Source of the DNA: Tubiluchus corallicola
Taxonomy: Eukaryota; Animalia; Priapulida
DNA: 64,000 bases
Reading direction: 5' to 3'
Assembly (NCBI GenBank): GCA_030141605.1
Contig: JAQGDQ010000068.1
Span: 558,001 to 622,000 of the forward strand
Part shown: positions 24,048 through 38,520 of the stretch, piece after piece
Layout: every line of letters begins with the position of its first letter
Position numbering within the stretch: position 1 is the first letter of the stretch
Program-made: the position numbers and the translations under genes
Notes under the pieces: model-generated
Databases searched by the model: none
What the model saw: the letters and a program-made list of their open reading frames with translations, nothing else
Told to the model about the DNA's origin: nothing

Positions 24048-26408
24048 GGCCTAGTCAGTTACAAATCATTATGTTAGCTTGTAATTTCTACGCGTGCCTG
24101 GAAAGAAAATCACATAGCTAGTTAGGCTATGTTACTAGTTAGGCTATGTTACTGCAATGTAATTAATCCCGTTGCAGGTGTTCATCAGGAAAAACTACAT
24201 CCAAAAACGCTTATTTGGTCCCATGTTAAATATTACGCGTCTGAAATGCCTGCACCTTGTTTACCTGAAATGGGGTTAATGTGACTGAGTTGTGTATAAC
24301 CAAAACAATATTAATCTGTCCAAATAAGTTTATACTTCAGTTATCCACGTGCCCAGTTAAGTTATTTTATCCCGCTTAGATACAGGCTTGGTCCTGCGAG
24401 TCCATTATGGCCTTTATGGGAATGCCAAGCAAGACTACTTATGACTGCCGAACGATGATCGAACGTTGAAAATGAGTCAGTAAGACAAATTGTCAGATCT
24501 GTCATCCGAGAACCTTATACAAGCGCTCCATGCAGCAAAAAAGTAGTAGGGTGAGCCATTGGTATTGTGGCGGAAAAATTACCGGCAATTTTTAAACTGG
24601 AAAAGAGGTCTCTTCACGAATACTCACATCAGTGTGGTGTGACCCATGACTATGGTCAAAATGCAGTCTTCCGGAAGAAGTCCATAACACAGCCATACAA
24701 GATTAGCATCTTTAACAAAACGTCTTCCCTACAGCATAAGTCCCAGACATTTGTCTAATCAGAAGCCTTCGTAGCCAAACATTTCGTATATGTACTAAAA
24801 AGACTGACAGGCGCGGCAATAGCCTCAGAAGGAATTTAGAAGTATTCTATTGACAATGAATTTAGGAGTATTCTAATGAAAGTCTCTATCTGAAATAGTA
24901 CACCTACTGTAATACTTTTGGTCTAAAAATGTTTATACAAACACTATCGCTGATCTCTAGAACAATCTCTCACAAGGAGTTGAGAACTTGAGACAGATAG
25001 GTGTGTTAAAGACCGCGGCTAGAATTTGCCTTGGGGTACACCTAGCGAGACAGTTTGTAATGATTAGTCGTAGCCATCATTGGCCAAACCTTTTAGTCAG
25101 TAAGGATAATATACCGAAACGGGTTTCAACTGACTCCAGCTATCATTGCAATAAAGTGGATAATAACTGTGACAGCTTGCTGATCTGCTTTCACTCGTGG
25201 CCTCACCATGCACATACATTGTAATCCTGACTGAGCATGTATATTTTGTTTTTGATGTTGCTAAATAAATTAACATCTATCTACACCAGATAGGGTATTT
25301 GAAAACTACTGCACTAAAAACCATAAAAGAAGAATCAATGAACTTTCTTATACTGTTGTTGATAAGGCATAAATAGTTAGCACATGATTTCATTTTTCAA
25401 AGAGACCCGTTGCTAAAATGGCTTGTAGTATACTCAACATGTTACTCACCTTTTGCCAATGAAGTCCATTGTCATGGGATTTCATACAGGACATGTAATT
25501 ACACGAAGATTAGGGGTTTATTGGAAAACTTCTATGGGCTCAGATTAAACCTGCAGTATTTTATTGCAATAATCTCACTGATTCGCGCGGAAAATTTATA
25601 ACACGTGAACATTATTAACCTGCCTTGCAGCTACAATTTACGATGCGCTTCTCGATTTCGTGGCGTTAAATCTGAGCAGTGAAACCCAACACAACCATGC
25701 TAGCATGTTCGTAATTTAGACAGGACTCGAGGATAAAAATAATAAGCAGCAAAAACCACCAGCATCCTTTTGTAGTACGTTGGTTTTGTTGAATTCAACT
25801 TCCTGCTTCTACGCCTACCTTAATTAATCATTTCTCATTATAATATATGTTAATATGTCACAAATGCCAGAAGCCTGCTCAGTATAATAGATGCGTGGAA
25901 GTGAAAGCTATAGTGGAGAGGCACCATTTTGCTTGTTGATCTGTTTGTTTGATGTGATTGTACCACGAGTACGAATAAAAATTATATATATATATATATA
26001 AACAATATAAACAAACAAAACTCCGAACATTGTAAGCTAATATAGTAATAGATATTCTACTAAAATATTTAATTTTATTTATATCGAGTTTTCGATACTT
26101 AAACTATATATCGTCTTTAGGTATTCAAATGATTAAAACAATACAAACAATTGCAGAAACAAAAAAGAGAAACAAAATAAGAGAAACACGATAAGGGGAA
26201 CAAAATTACAATACATTTAACAGACAGTTGTAGTAAAACATAATGTATCTAAAAAATCAAATGGACGTGGTAAAAGCAAATGCTTCTTTATATGCTTACA
26301 TATTTTTTTTCGCTTTGACCAATACCTATTACCATTGCAAAACTCCACCAACAGTGATTATAAACTAAAATGTCCCGTATAAAATATAATTGTTTTTTTT
26401 ATTTTTAG

Positions 26409-26476
26409 GACTTGTCTACATAGAAATTTCTCTACTTGTTGTGATCATGATAATGGGTACTTTAGGAAACATACTG
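26409..26476 (+). CDS. FFAR4-like GPCR paralog 2, coding exon 2 (TM1)
   Basis: 68-nt exon between TTTTTTATTTTTAG| and |GTAAGT, encoding (G)LVYIEISLLVVIMIMGTLGNIL. Same length and phases as paralog 1 exon 2. Confidence 0.88.
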
Positions 26477-27257
26477 GTAAGTATAAAACCCATTTATAAA
26501 ATCCTGCTGTGATCGATTATCACTTTAAATTAAACAGTAGAGAAATAGCCTGCTTGCACCAGCAATAAAAAGAGTAGCTGTGTTTAGAGATGATTGTAAG
26601 TTTTACTTCTGTCCTTTTCTTCTTTTTTTAGAAAAATGTAACACTATACTAGAATCCATTGATCAGGGTTTTCTTCACTAGAAATAAAATAAACGGGGAA
26701 CAATAAATAGCAATGATTAAAATGCACATGCAATGAAACGCAATAAAGGCCTTAGCAACACAAAATTAACACATTCAACTTGTAGGTATGTAAAATAAAT
26801 ACTTTTATTATTCGCAGCATGACAGCATATACACAGGAATACATGCAAATCCGAATCTGGAACCATTCTAATAAAAATATATGAACTGCTTTGTTAGGGA
26901 GTTGGGGTTAGGGGGGGGGGTAATCGTATGATTACGTTCATTTCGGCGGTAGGTCAATTTGGTTAGTCAGATTTTTGGGAAAGATGAAGTAATGTACTAT
27001 GTTAAGACCTTCCACCTGCGACTTGATGTTCTTTAAAGGAAACTAGGACAATTTTTCAGACCGTATCTGATTTTGACATATGGTCTAAAATATATATTTT
27101 ATTACCTAGAATGATTAATGCCAAAATGATCTTTGAAAATTAAATTTCCACTTAGCTCAAAGAACGGCTGGCAATTGTAGCTTGTAATGACGTCACAACT
27201 TGGAATATCCAACGGTAGACACTTTACTTTTCGTACGCGTTTCCGAACTCGAAAATA

Positions 27258-27469
27258 CGGCGCGTTCGACTAGCAAGTTTTCTCTTGTGAGTTATTTCTA
27301 GTAAATGCGAACGACTGCGAGTTATGTCGCTGGTTTTTGCAAACTCCCGAGAGTTGCTGCGAGTTCATCCCGACAGTAAGCGTGAGTTGACACTCAGCGA
27401 AACTCGCGACAAAGCCATTCACACTTGCGAGTTTGCTCTCAGAGAAAACTCGCTAATCTGAGCACGCCG
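27258..27469. mobile_element. MITE (PIF/Harbinger-like), short copy
   Basis: TIRs CGGCGCGTTCGACTAGCAAGTTTTCTCT / AGAGAAAACTCGCTAATCTGAGCACGCCG with internal GCGAGTT subrepeats. Same family as 55665-56207. Confidence 0.65.
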
Positions 27470-27986
27470 TAAGAATGAGACACCAAAAATCAACACATTC
27501 TAAAGTACAAATTCTAAGGAAAGACAAAAGAAATTAGGTTTCCGCGATAATAATTCTTTAAATGAAAATAATTGTTGGAAACAAATAACCAGCAATGCAG
27601 CCTATAATCATTTTATAGTGGTATGCTGTATGACTACCATGCTCTGGTAAACCCTTTTACCTGTACAAGTTGCGCTTGATGTCATTATGAAGCCTAATTT
27701 CGTCTGAATGTCGCTGATTCAATTTGCACGCAATCATTCCATTCGGTTAGTGGTATTCATAGCGCTCTATGGCGTTCAAAGCCAGTACTAAATTATAGGT
27801 CAAGCCTCTCTTCTGCAGAAAATTGACTTCTGAAAGAGGAAAAACGATGATGACGAAAGCAATGAAAACCTATGTTATTTTGCAAGCAACGAAGCCAGTG
27901 AAGTAACTGTGCACACCAAATTGGTTTTGTCGTAACAGACTTTTGCAAAGCAAAGGTTTTCACTTTCATTTACCAGTAGGAATGGC

Positions 27987-27988
<2 letters not shown>

Positions 27989-28045
<57 letters not shown>

Positions 28046-28110
28046 TTCTCTTTCTCTCTCTTTCTTTCTTTCTTTCTCTTTACCTCTATCTCTCTCTCTG
28101 TGTCTCTCTC
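27989..28110. repeat. (CT)n / pyrimidine-rich microsatellite
   Basis: Directly visible. Confidence 0.9.
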
Positions 28111-29075
28111 TCGCTCTTCTCTCGCACGTATGCTCACTCGCTTTTGCTTCCTTTCTCTATTCTTGTGTTTTCCTATCCGTTTTCTTTCTACTTTTTCCGA
28201 TTTTATTTACTGTAAACCTTGAAAGTAGCCTCAGCCACGTAACATCATATTACAACAGCAAACCCAGCGGAAAATACCCATGTGCACCATTCAGAACATT
28301 AATACAATCCAAATGCATTGTAATTCGCAGAATGCAAAACTTTCCACTAAAAGCTATAGATTTACACCGCGTGCTAATGCATGCTAAAAATGATGGATAG
28401 ATGGGATATTGAGAGTTAAGACGCATTAGCCGGCAATAAGTGTGATGTGAATTCGAGTAGACTTCTTCAAAAGGCTTGGTGGAAGCCTTAATTGTCTACA
28501 TCTGGAGCCAAGCTGTTAAAGATGGTTGTTCATTTTAAAATGTTAAACAGATCCTAGTACCAGTACAATGCTGTCCACGATATGCAATTCTTATGACAAC
28601 AATATACTAAAATTATCGTTTGGTGTTAAAGCTTTACATATACTTGACGGGTATTAGGTTCACATAACTTTGGGAGGTTTATCTTGCTGCAGGAACAGCA
28701 GCAGCAACAGCAATAGCAACAGCAGCAGCAACAACAACAACAACAATAGGATTTTTCTATCATAAATAAATTTCTGTCGCCATTAAATTTAAATCTGTTA
28801 CAAATATTAGTGTAACTGTTTAACTTTTTTTCAGTGCGCTTATTATATGAAACAATATATTTTCTCCATGGCCAGGTTTATGATTTCGTGTTCAAATGCG
28901 AGAAGTTGTTAACAGTGCGGGATACCATACTGATTTACAACTCATTCGAATAATATGACGTTCAGTTATATCCACAAGATCATTCAGAGTGAAGCAACGT
29001 GGGAGAAGAGTGCTTAATAAAACTGCTGGTCCTACTAACTACACCTGACAAATAACATCTGCCTAAGGACAATTG

Positions 29076-29406
29076 CAAGTCCGCGCGAAAATAATAGTTA
29101 CTAAACAGATAACAAGTCCAAAAGTGACCAGTAAGCAGCTGGTACGTGATAATTGTAACTTGGTCTCTTATAGCTCATTGCTGTCTCTGGGACACAACAA
29201 TGCTGAACAAGTATCGTGTGCTGTGACCCTGACCTTTGACTTTGGGATCCCAGGGGATAGGACTCTTCCACCGTTGCTGGGCTATATATAAGTGAATGAT
29301 GAAATCTTGGCCACAAGCCAGTACGGAATTATAGACGGACGGACACACGAACGGAGGCGTCTATTATATTCCCAAGCGCAACTATATCTCCTTGCGAGGC
29401 GACAAT
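29076..29406 (+). mobile_element. Possible non-autonomous Helentron/Helitron-associated element
   Basis: TGACCCTGACCTTTGAC motif, short GACG microsatellite (GACGGACGGAC) and a 3' stem-loop (CGCAA...TTGCG). This layout is typical of HINE-like elements in invertebrates. Confidence 0.4.
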
Positions 29407-30723
29407 GAGGAGGAACGTAGTTCACGTACAGTAACAGTTGTAGTGATAGCGGTAGTTTTACTAGTAGTGGCTGTTGTAGTAGCTAGTGATAGTGGTAGTG
29501 GTAACGCTTCTGGTGGTGACAGAAATAGTTGCAATGGTTGTAGTAGTGATAGAGGTAATGACGCAATATGCAAAATAGCCGTTCTCTTCCCGAGTAGGCT
29601 AAAAATTTCAATGTTTTCAATGCAGTGCCTACATAGTATAATTTTTTCATTTTCATTTACTCTATCTGTCTAATACATTTCTACATGCACAAAAGTCAGT
29701 TATTACCCAGGCTTCTTGTCCGTGGATTTTTAACCCAAGTGTTGTTACCCTGCAAATTATTAATAACTTAACTGTAAGAATAACTATAAGGCCAGTTGGA
29801 TCCATATTGCTCTTGTGTTCTGACTGTAATTCAATCTAAAACGACAGAATGTTTCACAAATTCGCTGTGGTAAGGCTTATTGGTCGGAATCTGCAGTGAT
29901 CTGCTTAATATGGTATTTTATCTTTTGCTTGATCGCCTAAATTTTTTTGTGTCCAATCGAAACACAAAGCGTTTTTCTCACCGCGACTTTTGTAAGTCAA
30001 AATAGTGAAATATCAAAGCCTCGCTGCCGCCTCAGTCCCGGAAAAGTGCGATCTTTGACAAAACATGGGTTAAAATAAAAATTACATAATGTTAGCCAAT
30101 CACTTTTCCGAAAGTTTGACAATATACTACGTAGTATGTTTGATACGTTCCTCGCTATTTTTATTTTCGATTTTATTTACAGCTAATCCACTAACCATGT
30201 TCGTGTTACGGTGTTTTTTGAACCTACACTTGCACTTTCTTCATTTATTCAGCTGCCATGTTGACTGTAAAAGAGAGGTGTAAAATCGCCACATGGCTAT
30301 AACATAGAACTCGGAATATTGATGTGAATTAAGATCGCCGCGGTAACCTGATGAAAACGGCATAAGTTTTGTGCCAATAAAATTCTTATGAGACATAGAC
30401 TCATTAATCAAGTTGTCATTTTTAACTGCCATTAATTTTTAATAATTTTTTAAAATTAACGACGAACTTTTGAAACACCTGATATTAAGCATATTTTTAT
30501 CTTTCCGCCGCGCCATTTGTATTTTAATGGCAGTTGTACTTGTGGGCGTGTGCATGTACAGTTTACAAACAAGACGCAAAAATCCATAACAATCTCAAAT
30601 TGATATAAATGTGCCATGAGGGTTTCCAGATGATCAATTTCGTATATAGTGTGACACACTTGCAAGCCGAAGTACAACGTTGAACGTCAGCGCTTACCAA
30701 CTATATGGTTAAATGATTTTTCG

Positions 30724-30861
30724 GGATAAAAAGCTGAGCACTAAAGAAGTCTCAGCCACAGAAGTCTTAGACTTCTTTATGGTCTCAGACTTATTTATTA
30801 GTTCAAAAGAAACCTGAGACTTCTGTGGATGAGACTTCTTTAGTGGCTCAGCGTTTTATCC
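30724..30861. mobile_element. Small palindromic MITE
   Basis: Arms GGATAAAAAGCTGAGCACTAAAGAAGTCTCAGCCACAGAAGTCT and AGACTTCTGTGGATGAGACTTCTTTAGTGGCTCAGCGTTTTATCC. Confidence 0.7.
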
Positions 30862-33049
30862 TGAAACATCAATTAACCATATAGCTGGTAAGCCCTGACG
30901 TTCAGCGCGCATTCTGGCTTGCTGTGTGTTAAGCTGTATAGAAAACTGGTTATTGGGAACCCTTGAGTACACAATTATATGAATGCAAAATTGGTACTTT
31001 GGGGTAGTCAAAAACTGAAAGCGCAATATAGCTTTTTGAACACAATGATGCATGTTAATTTCACGTTACAGTGCATGTTAATTTCACGTTAGCTCCTCAT
31101 AATTATATTAGCACGAGTCGTCCACAGTCGTCAGAATCTGTTGGTGGGCTATGCTTTAAAATACACGCTTTCTGCCAGTCACTTATCCACCTTGGAGCAT
31201 AATAGAAAGCATACTTAAAATGCACCGATGCTGTCTATAGTGGCGTAACATACGGTTTATTATCTCAGTTCTGATATTGTATGAGTGATGGTAGTAATAT
31301 ACGCCCTTTAGTACTTCCAATAAACGCTAAAAATGGAAGGAAAGTAAATTGCAAGAGGGAGCGCCGAGAAAGATAAATTCCGTTCCCGTGGCAGTATATG
31401 CAAGAGTTATACAATATTGATGGGGATACCGAATTTACTGATAGCAGCAGCTGCGTCGGAATTGAGTTAATGCACTCAGAGCAGATCCCAAGAGTTTTCA
31501 GGTTAAAATTGAAAAGCAAAGAAGATCTGCACATGTGGACCTTGTCACCTAAAACGGTTTTCGCACAAGGTTCCTTGTTACAGTTGTAGTTTAATTTTGT
31601 AACACAGTTTAATCAAAATCTAGTTTCCTGTTGGAACGCCCCATATCCATGAATGCCTCTAGGAAGTCGTGTAAAGTCAAACAAATTTAACAGTCTGGTC
31701 GGATAAAATGTACTTGTTATTTTTTTGTTATCATGTATAAAAATAGCGAGACTAGGTAGTTTATATGTACTTTATAGTTTTAGGAGGTCACTTGGAGTTT
31801 GTTTGTTTAGTTTTAAAAATTCCTGATGAGTCTATTGCTGAAGGAGCTAAAAATGAATTGAAGATATGACATTTTGTTACAAGCTGCAGTTTGTAACGCA
31901 CTTCACTTTATTTTATTCAGTAAAGTTACCTGTCCTTTTCACATTGGGCATTGATTGCAAAAATGAAGAAAAATGAAAGTAGTAGAAAAATGATCGTTTT
32001 ACTAAATTTAAATGAACTTCTTTGAAATGTGGAACAAATTTTCAAAAGCTAATGCAACAATTTAGCTGACAAATCATGTGCGCAGGTAAGCTCCTTGTCT
32101 AAATACTTTATGAAGGTTATTCAATTTTTTTCTAAAAGCGTGCACTTTCTGCTGTTTGTCTGACAAGCACTTAACACATCGACAATAATATTATTCACTT
32201 TCGCTTTGCAACCCAAGCGATTAATTTGGCTACCAAGTTAGAATTCTTCGTTTCTAACTTTTTGGAGGTTCCAACTTATTCATTCATTCACTTAATCATT
32301 CATTTACAAGTTTAAATAGTTTGTTAGTTATTCAATAAGTAATTCGTTTATTTGTACAGCAGCTTCGTCAGTCAGTCAGCCAGTCAGTTAGTCAGTCAGT
32401 CAGTTAGTCAATCAGTCAGTCAGTCTATCAGTCAGTCAAACAATCAAACATTTGTTCATTCATTTATTCACTCTTTCTTTCATTCACTCACTTATTGAAA
32501 TTGCATGGCATTAATGTGCAATTTTTTATTTTATTAAATGTGACAAAAATAATTCGTTGTTACAGAGTGGCTGATCAGATGTACTTTTTAACGTCTGCAA
32601 AACAGCACATTTTCATTTACAGCAATTGCATTATGGCTGTCAATTTACAGCTTATAAATATGCCCTCTCTCCAAGACGGCCGAGATTGGTTACACTGACA
32701 TTGGATCTGTATAATTGTTGTGGAAACTATACGTCTTGCCACGGCAATGAAATAAAACCCGCGACGACCGCAATCTGCGTAAATGTCAAGCGACTTTCAA
32801 ACTCAATTCTGGCACTGAGTTTAATCTCGGGTTTCGCTTTCCACTTACGCGAGTGAAGCCAGCTATGTACATTTATTCGTCAAAGTCAAAAGTGTCCACA
32901 GTAGAGAAAACAAATATTCACTTAACCTGCATGTTGACCTATACCGGAAATTTTCCGAATTCACGCTGTTGCGTTCATATGAATGAACACATTTTAGAAG
33001 TTCGTCATTGTAGATCTAAAACAGACTTACGCGTTAAGTGGAATACATA

Positions 33050-33700
33050 GTAAATACAAACATACACACAAATACAATACACATTAATTGCACTGCATAA
33101 ATGCATTTACAAAATGTACAGTAAACGTTTTTGCACAGCATGTGTTGTTTTCGTGTACACATGACAGATTTTATTGAACTTATGATGCATTGTACATTTT
33201 GAGCATGTTATAAAGTACAGACTATTGGTAATAGGAAAAAAGAGTAATGATCTTTGCTTGGTTCTTTTCGCACGTCAGAACTATACTTTTCAGTTCTTTT
33301 TTGCATTCTTTTAGTGTCACTGCAGATTTTACGTTAAGTAGACAAGCGTTCCATATATTTATTGTCGTTTTACAAACGGAATTGTGACAATATTTGTTAT
33401 TTATCTTTATTTGTTTTATGCTATATAGCGTATGTTGTTGTTTAACTTTTTTCACTTGGAAAGGGGAGTTGATTGTCCGTAAAAGCAAGCATTAAATTAT
33501 TTAATTATTTATAAAGAAAACCTAAGATATGCTTTATAACTTTATGATGTCTAAGTTTGCAATGAAGTTGTAATTTCGATACAAGTAAAGATTAAGGCAG
33601 AGCGACTTTATTAAAATTTTGACGTTCCTAATATTTAGGCTCCTTGCTTAAATTTGTGATAGAAAGAGAACCAAGTAACAGGGAAATATAAATATTGGGA
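33050..33700 (-). mobile_element. Decayed non-LTR retrotransposon 3' end (same family as 58650-60400)
   Basis: Minus-strand peptide HNSVCKTTINIWNACLLNVKSAVTLKECKKELK aligns by eye with HNSISKAAINVWNSTPQETKSATSLRDLRKKPK encoded at ~60160-60255. Confidence 0.6.
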
Positions 33701-34369
33701 GAGAGAATTGGACAGAATATAAATACGTAAATTGCAGCTTGTTTACAAAAATGAAACTGAGTGTGTAATACACACTGAGTATGAATGAAACTAAAAAATC
33801 TGATAAATTCGTTAACTTAAATGACTGGCTTTTCCATTTAGTAATATTTTAATTATTACAGCAGCCTTACTTTAAGTGTAAACTATAATTTTGATTCCTA
33901 TTTCTGCATACAGAGTTACGCCACTAAGCTAAAAAGATAGGATTAATCAACGTTCGCAGCCACTGTGCGCGGTTAATTTCTCAAAAATTTGATTTGCAAA
34001 GTAATTACTTTCCTAACACAAAAACAGTAATTATTCCCATATCTAACGCGCACATTTGCTTAACTTTAAAGATGAAAGCGCTGGTTGTAAGCAGCTTAAC
34101 TTTGTAACATCAAAAGAGACGCACCCAATGTGTAAATAATGACAAAAATAATGAGGCAATGCAGCTTTGTTATTTTGTCTTGGGATTTTATGAGTAAGCA
34201 AGCAAAGATTTAATTGCCTATGGCCTGTGTGAGTGTAACAACGTTTGCTCCGCTGTTTATGACCATAGTAATTTGTCTTCACCCAGGACATGTACCAGTC
34301 TTCAAACCAGTGACTCCCGCCAGGTGTGTTTTTACGCACAGAATCACCTTTAATTGTCAAAAACTGATG

Positions 34370-34640
34370 AAGGTAATGATGACGACGATAACAATGATGA
34401 CGACGGGAATACATAAATAATGGATGATGATGACGATGATGATAATGATGATAATGTTGATGATGATGATGGTGATGATGATGGTGATGACGATGGCGAC
34501 GATGATGACAATGGTAATGATCGTGATGATGATGATGATGATGATGAGATGACAAAGATGATGATAATGATGATGATCACTACAACGACATCGAAGACGA
34601 TGATAAGGATAACAAGCATGATAATGCTGACAAATACATA
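34370..34640. repeat. Degenerate (GAT)n microsatellite
   Basis: Directly visible; source of the poly-His/Asp/Ser ORFs. Confidence 0.9.
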
Positions 34641-37299
34641 ATACCATAATAATTACAATGACGTTGTGCTGACGATTACGATGTCTTTTATTTTCAGGCA
34701 TATCATTACATGTATGAACATTGACAATTAAAATGTATAAACGTAATAAAGGAATTGAAATGCATGTAGCTCAAGCGGGAAATCAAGCAGGATCATTTCC
34801 ATGCAACTCTGACATTCCTTTCCTGCGCAAATTACTATTATAATAATTGTAATCGGCAGCCTTTTTGGTTTTCAGTAAAAGTGAGTTTGCTTTTTCTGAT
34901 AAGATAGTTTCACTGTAATAAAACAGGAATAAGCTGATCGATCTCTAGTTACATTGTTATACAGGCAGGTTCAATAACTATAGGCACAAAACAAATTGTA
35001 TACAAAATAATATTAATCGCTATTCAGTATAATATGTGTCAACTATCAAGTATATCTATTCTACTCTGCTCTGCAGTAGGACTAACTATCTTCCCTTCTA
35101 CTACATTCTACTTAATGTGTACTGTCCACAGTCCTAATCCTACCCAGCTATATTACCTTGTCTTACCTTATCTTACCCTGCCCAGAATTTTTCCTTACCA
35201 CACTCTTATACCATGATCGTGCGTACCTTCCGGGCAACTTTTTCCAACTTCAGACTTCGTTTTGCTTCACATTTTGAGAATTTTGGTTGTCTACTCTCTA
35301 CTGAGAAGTAACTAGAGTCCTCGACTTTTTTAAATGGATTGGCCTTGACAAGCTGTACTGATATCCATTTTTAATAGTTTTGATTTAACCTAACTATAAA
35401 TACATGTAGTACATAAATGCGAAAAACCGAGTGAGAAATGTGTAACAATTAAAAACTATATTGAAATTGAATGTGCAATGTACACAACAGTACACAAAAG
35501 TTTGCGAACATGTGCCACACAAATTCCGTCATGGTTTGTTTCGTGCTGCGTGGATTGTCCGTCGTGTTAAACGGTGGTTGTTATAACGTATAGACACTAT
35601 AAACTTGAAGCGTCCTCTACAGATTTTAATTTATGGTCATTCTCGAGCGTTTGGGTTTTAAATCCGCAGTAAAGGTAGCAAAATGATAACGTTAAAACGT
35701 TATACGATGCTGCTGCACATCATTGCTGCAATATTTCAATGACACATAATTGTAATATACATCAACATTTTTCTGCATATTGTTTGTCAATAGGTTTAAC
35801 AATAATTTTCAGTAATTGTATTTCACGCTAAATTGAAGCTATGCTGAGTTAGGTTAACAACGTGGTACCGAATAACACAGTTGATGTTCTGTTAAGTTTA
35901 AATGAGCTGTAGGCAATTCTGGCTTGAGAAAACACTTCAAAGTTAATTACAGTTAAATGGTTAGCTTCCTAAATCGTCATTAATTTCCGTTGTCATTAAT
36001 GGATTCTCCTCTTTGAAGCGCTTTAGGATCCTTCGAACTACTGTTTGATCAAACGTGAATAAATGTTTTCCATCTCTTTTAACTGTTAGTGCAGGATTTT
36101 CAGTTCTGATTTGCTTATTATTATTATATACAGATCTACCTAGAACTGTCCCTTGGTAAATGAGACCTTTATTCATAATTTTATTGATCTAGTTTACTAC
36201 ATTACTTAATTACTCGCCTGACTTCTGCCATATTGCAATTGCAATTGCATTACTACATTGCTTAATTTACCAGCCTGACTTTCGAAGCCAACTGACACTA
36301 TACCAGTGGTAATGAAGAAGTATATAACTACTTGTGGTACTTGAACCGCTTCAGAAATTTTTTAATGGCTCAGATTAGTTACATGATTTATGCTAGAAAT
36401 AAGTAATCTGAAGGTTACCTAAATTACTCAATACTCGCTTTGCATAACAGACATACTCGGTTTGACATTAACAGACAATAACCAAAGTATTCAAAATACT
36501 GATTTTTGCTCAAGTGTACTTACTTTGTGTACTTATAACAGTAATTAAGAATCATTTCTATACTAATAATTTAAAATACTACAATCTATTGAATGTACCG
36601 AAAAGTAACAAACGATAACGAAATAAGTTCTTGTCGGAAGACTGTTGGCTTAAGTGTGAACAACAATTTAAGAAAACAAAAATTGAGTTTTCTGATTTCA
36701 TTGCATGATAACATATATACCGGGAAATGTAACTTGTGTTATCATATGCGATCCCGCGTACATCCATGTACCAAATTTTCAATAATTATATTGTAGTGTC
36801 TGTCGGGCATACGATTTCATCAAAGTCAGACAATGACTGTTTGCCATCATAACAGACATTACGTTAGCTTGCATTGTCTGCTGTTAAAGGTCATATGTGT
36901 TTGCCTTTCCTTTCCTCATTTATTTTTCTGAACATAATTATATAAGACGCACAGGCAAAATATTGATTTACAGCTAACAATGGTGACTTACGAGTCTTGT
37001 GATTACAATTGGTGTCCCTCGCAAATTGATATTAACTTATAGAGATGAACTGCAAAATAAGCAACAATGCGTATGTTTTAGTTATCATCGCTCTGCACAA
37101 CTTGCCTTCTCTCTTTTGCAACTGATATGTTACTGGGAAACCTAAGTCATGTAATTCACGGTATGGTAACGCAAGTAATAAAGAGGTATAATAGTGTTAC
37201 GAACAATAGCTGTCGTTTTTGTACCATTATTCTCTCTTTTGTCTTTAGCTGCACACAAGAGAATCGGTAAGCTACGAATTCTAAAAGACAGGGTTTCAT

Positions 37300-38520
37300 T
37301 GAAATTAATTGGAACACGAAGTTAGCTTGCTATATAGCTCTGCGATAAAAGTACTTCGGAATTACAATATGATGTGACTTCGCCAAAGCCTGCGACACCA
37401 TATGGATTGATGGCCTGTTGTGCAAACTTCACTGTGCAAACATAAACGACATCTTTCTTAAACTCATTGCCAGTTTCCTTAAAGACAGAAGGACAGTTAC
37501 TAAAGTCAACAACTTCACATCTGAAGAACATCGTTGACATCTTTAGCTGCCAAAAGGTTCGGCTCTGTCTCCGACGCTATTCATATTTTTTGCAAAAATG
37601 TTTAACCAAATGCCTGCTGGCGGGCGGAAATTTAAATAACCGATGACGGCACGTTGCGTATATTGAGTCAGAATGCAGATTTAAGTATACAAACTGCTCA
37701 GAGACGCTGTGAAAGTCTTACATATGGTGCCAGAAATGGCGACTGATGATAAATACACCACCTAATAAGACAGAAGCGCTAGTTATTTTAGCTTGGGATG
37801 AACGTAATCAAGATGTTTATAATTACACGCCATGTGTTATAATCACCCGCCAAATCTGGTATTTGGACAAAACGAAATCCTGCACTCGCACGACCGAAAA
37901 GGTCTCGGTCTAACCATCGATCAGGAGTTGTGTTATGAAAAGTATTCCAGTGAAACAAGAAAAAAAGTGTGGCATAGGTGGTTGTGCATCAAGAAAACCT
38001 GTAGAAGATATTCGAGATTAAGATTACATACTAACTGTCATCAGTTTATTCAAAGCCATTGTGCTATCCATCATTCTGTACACTTCAGCGGTGCGGCTGT
38101 TTAGAAAGCGTAGCTTTTTCGACGATTTGCTCTACGATGTAACGAAGACAGCTAGTGGAACAGGCTGGAATCCAGCTAGAGACAAAGTAGAACAAATGTG
38201 TGGATTAGCTCCAATGGACATTTTAGTAAAACGCGACATAGTTAAATTTACTCTAAAGTTATGGTACAAAAATGATGTGGATTTAATAAAGAGAAAACTT
38301 GTTGAAATGAAAAAATGAAGTTAAATTGAAGAAACGCAAATATTATGCTGAATAAGCAAACAAATGACGTCAAACAGTACACAAAAATAATTGGGAGTCA
38401 AATGATCGCAACCTGAAATTACGAGATGTGCCCATGCATATGATGAGGTATTCCAAAACCTACATTACGGCGTACCGCGTACCTGTGAAGATATGGTCGT
38501 ACAGATTGCGCAATCGAGCG
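37300..38520 (+). mobile_element. Decayed non-LTR retrotransposon reverse transcriptase
   Basis: Frameshifted RT motifs: LPKGSALSPTLFIF (PQG motif) at ~37548, a YADD-like ACCGATGAC at ~37640, WCQKWRLMIN...KTEA, KGLGLTID and VEQMCGLAPMDI. Confidence 0.7.

Noticed and set aside
24500-25270. Possible further LINE remnants
   Set aside because: Only faint peptide similarity; no diagnostic motif.
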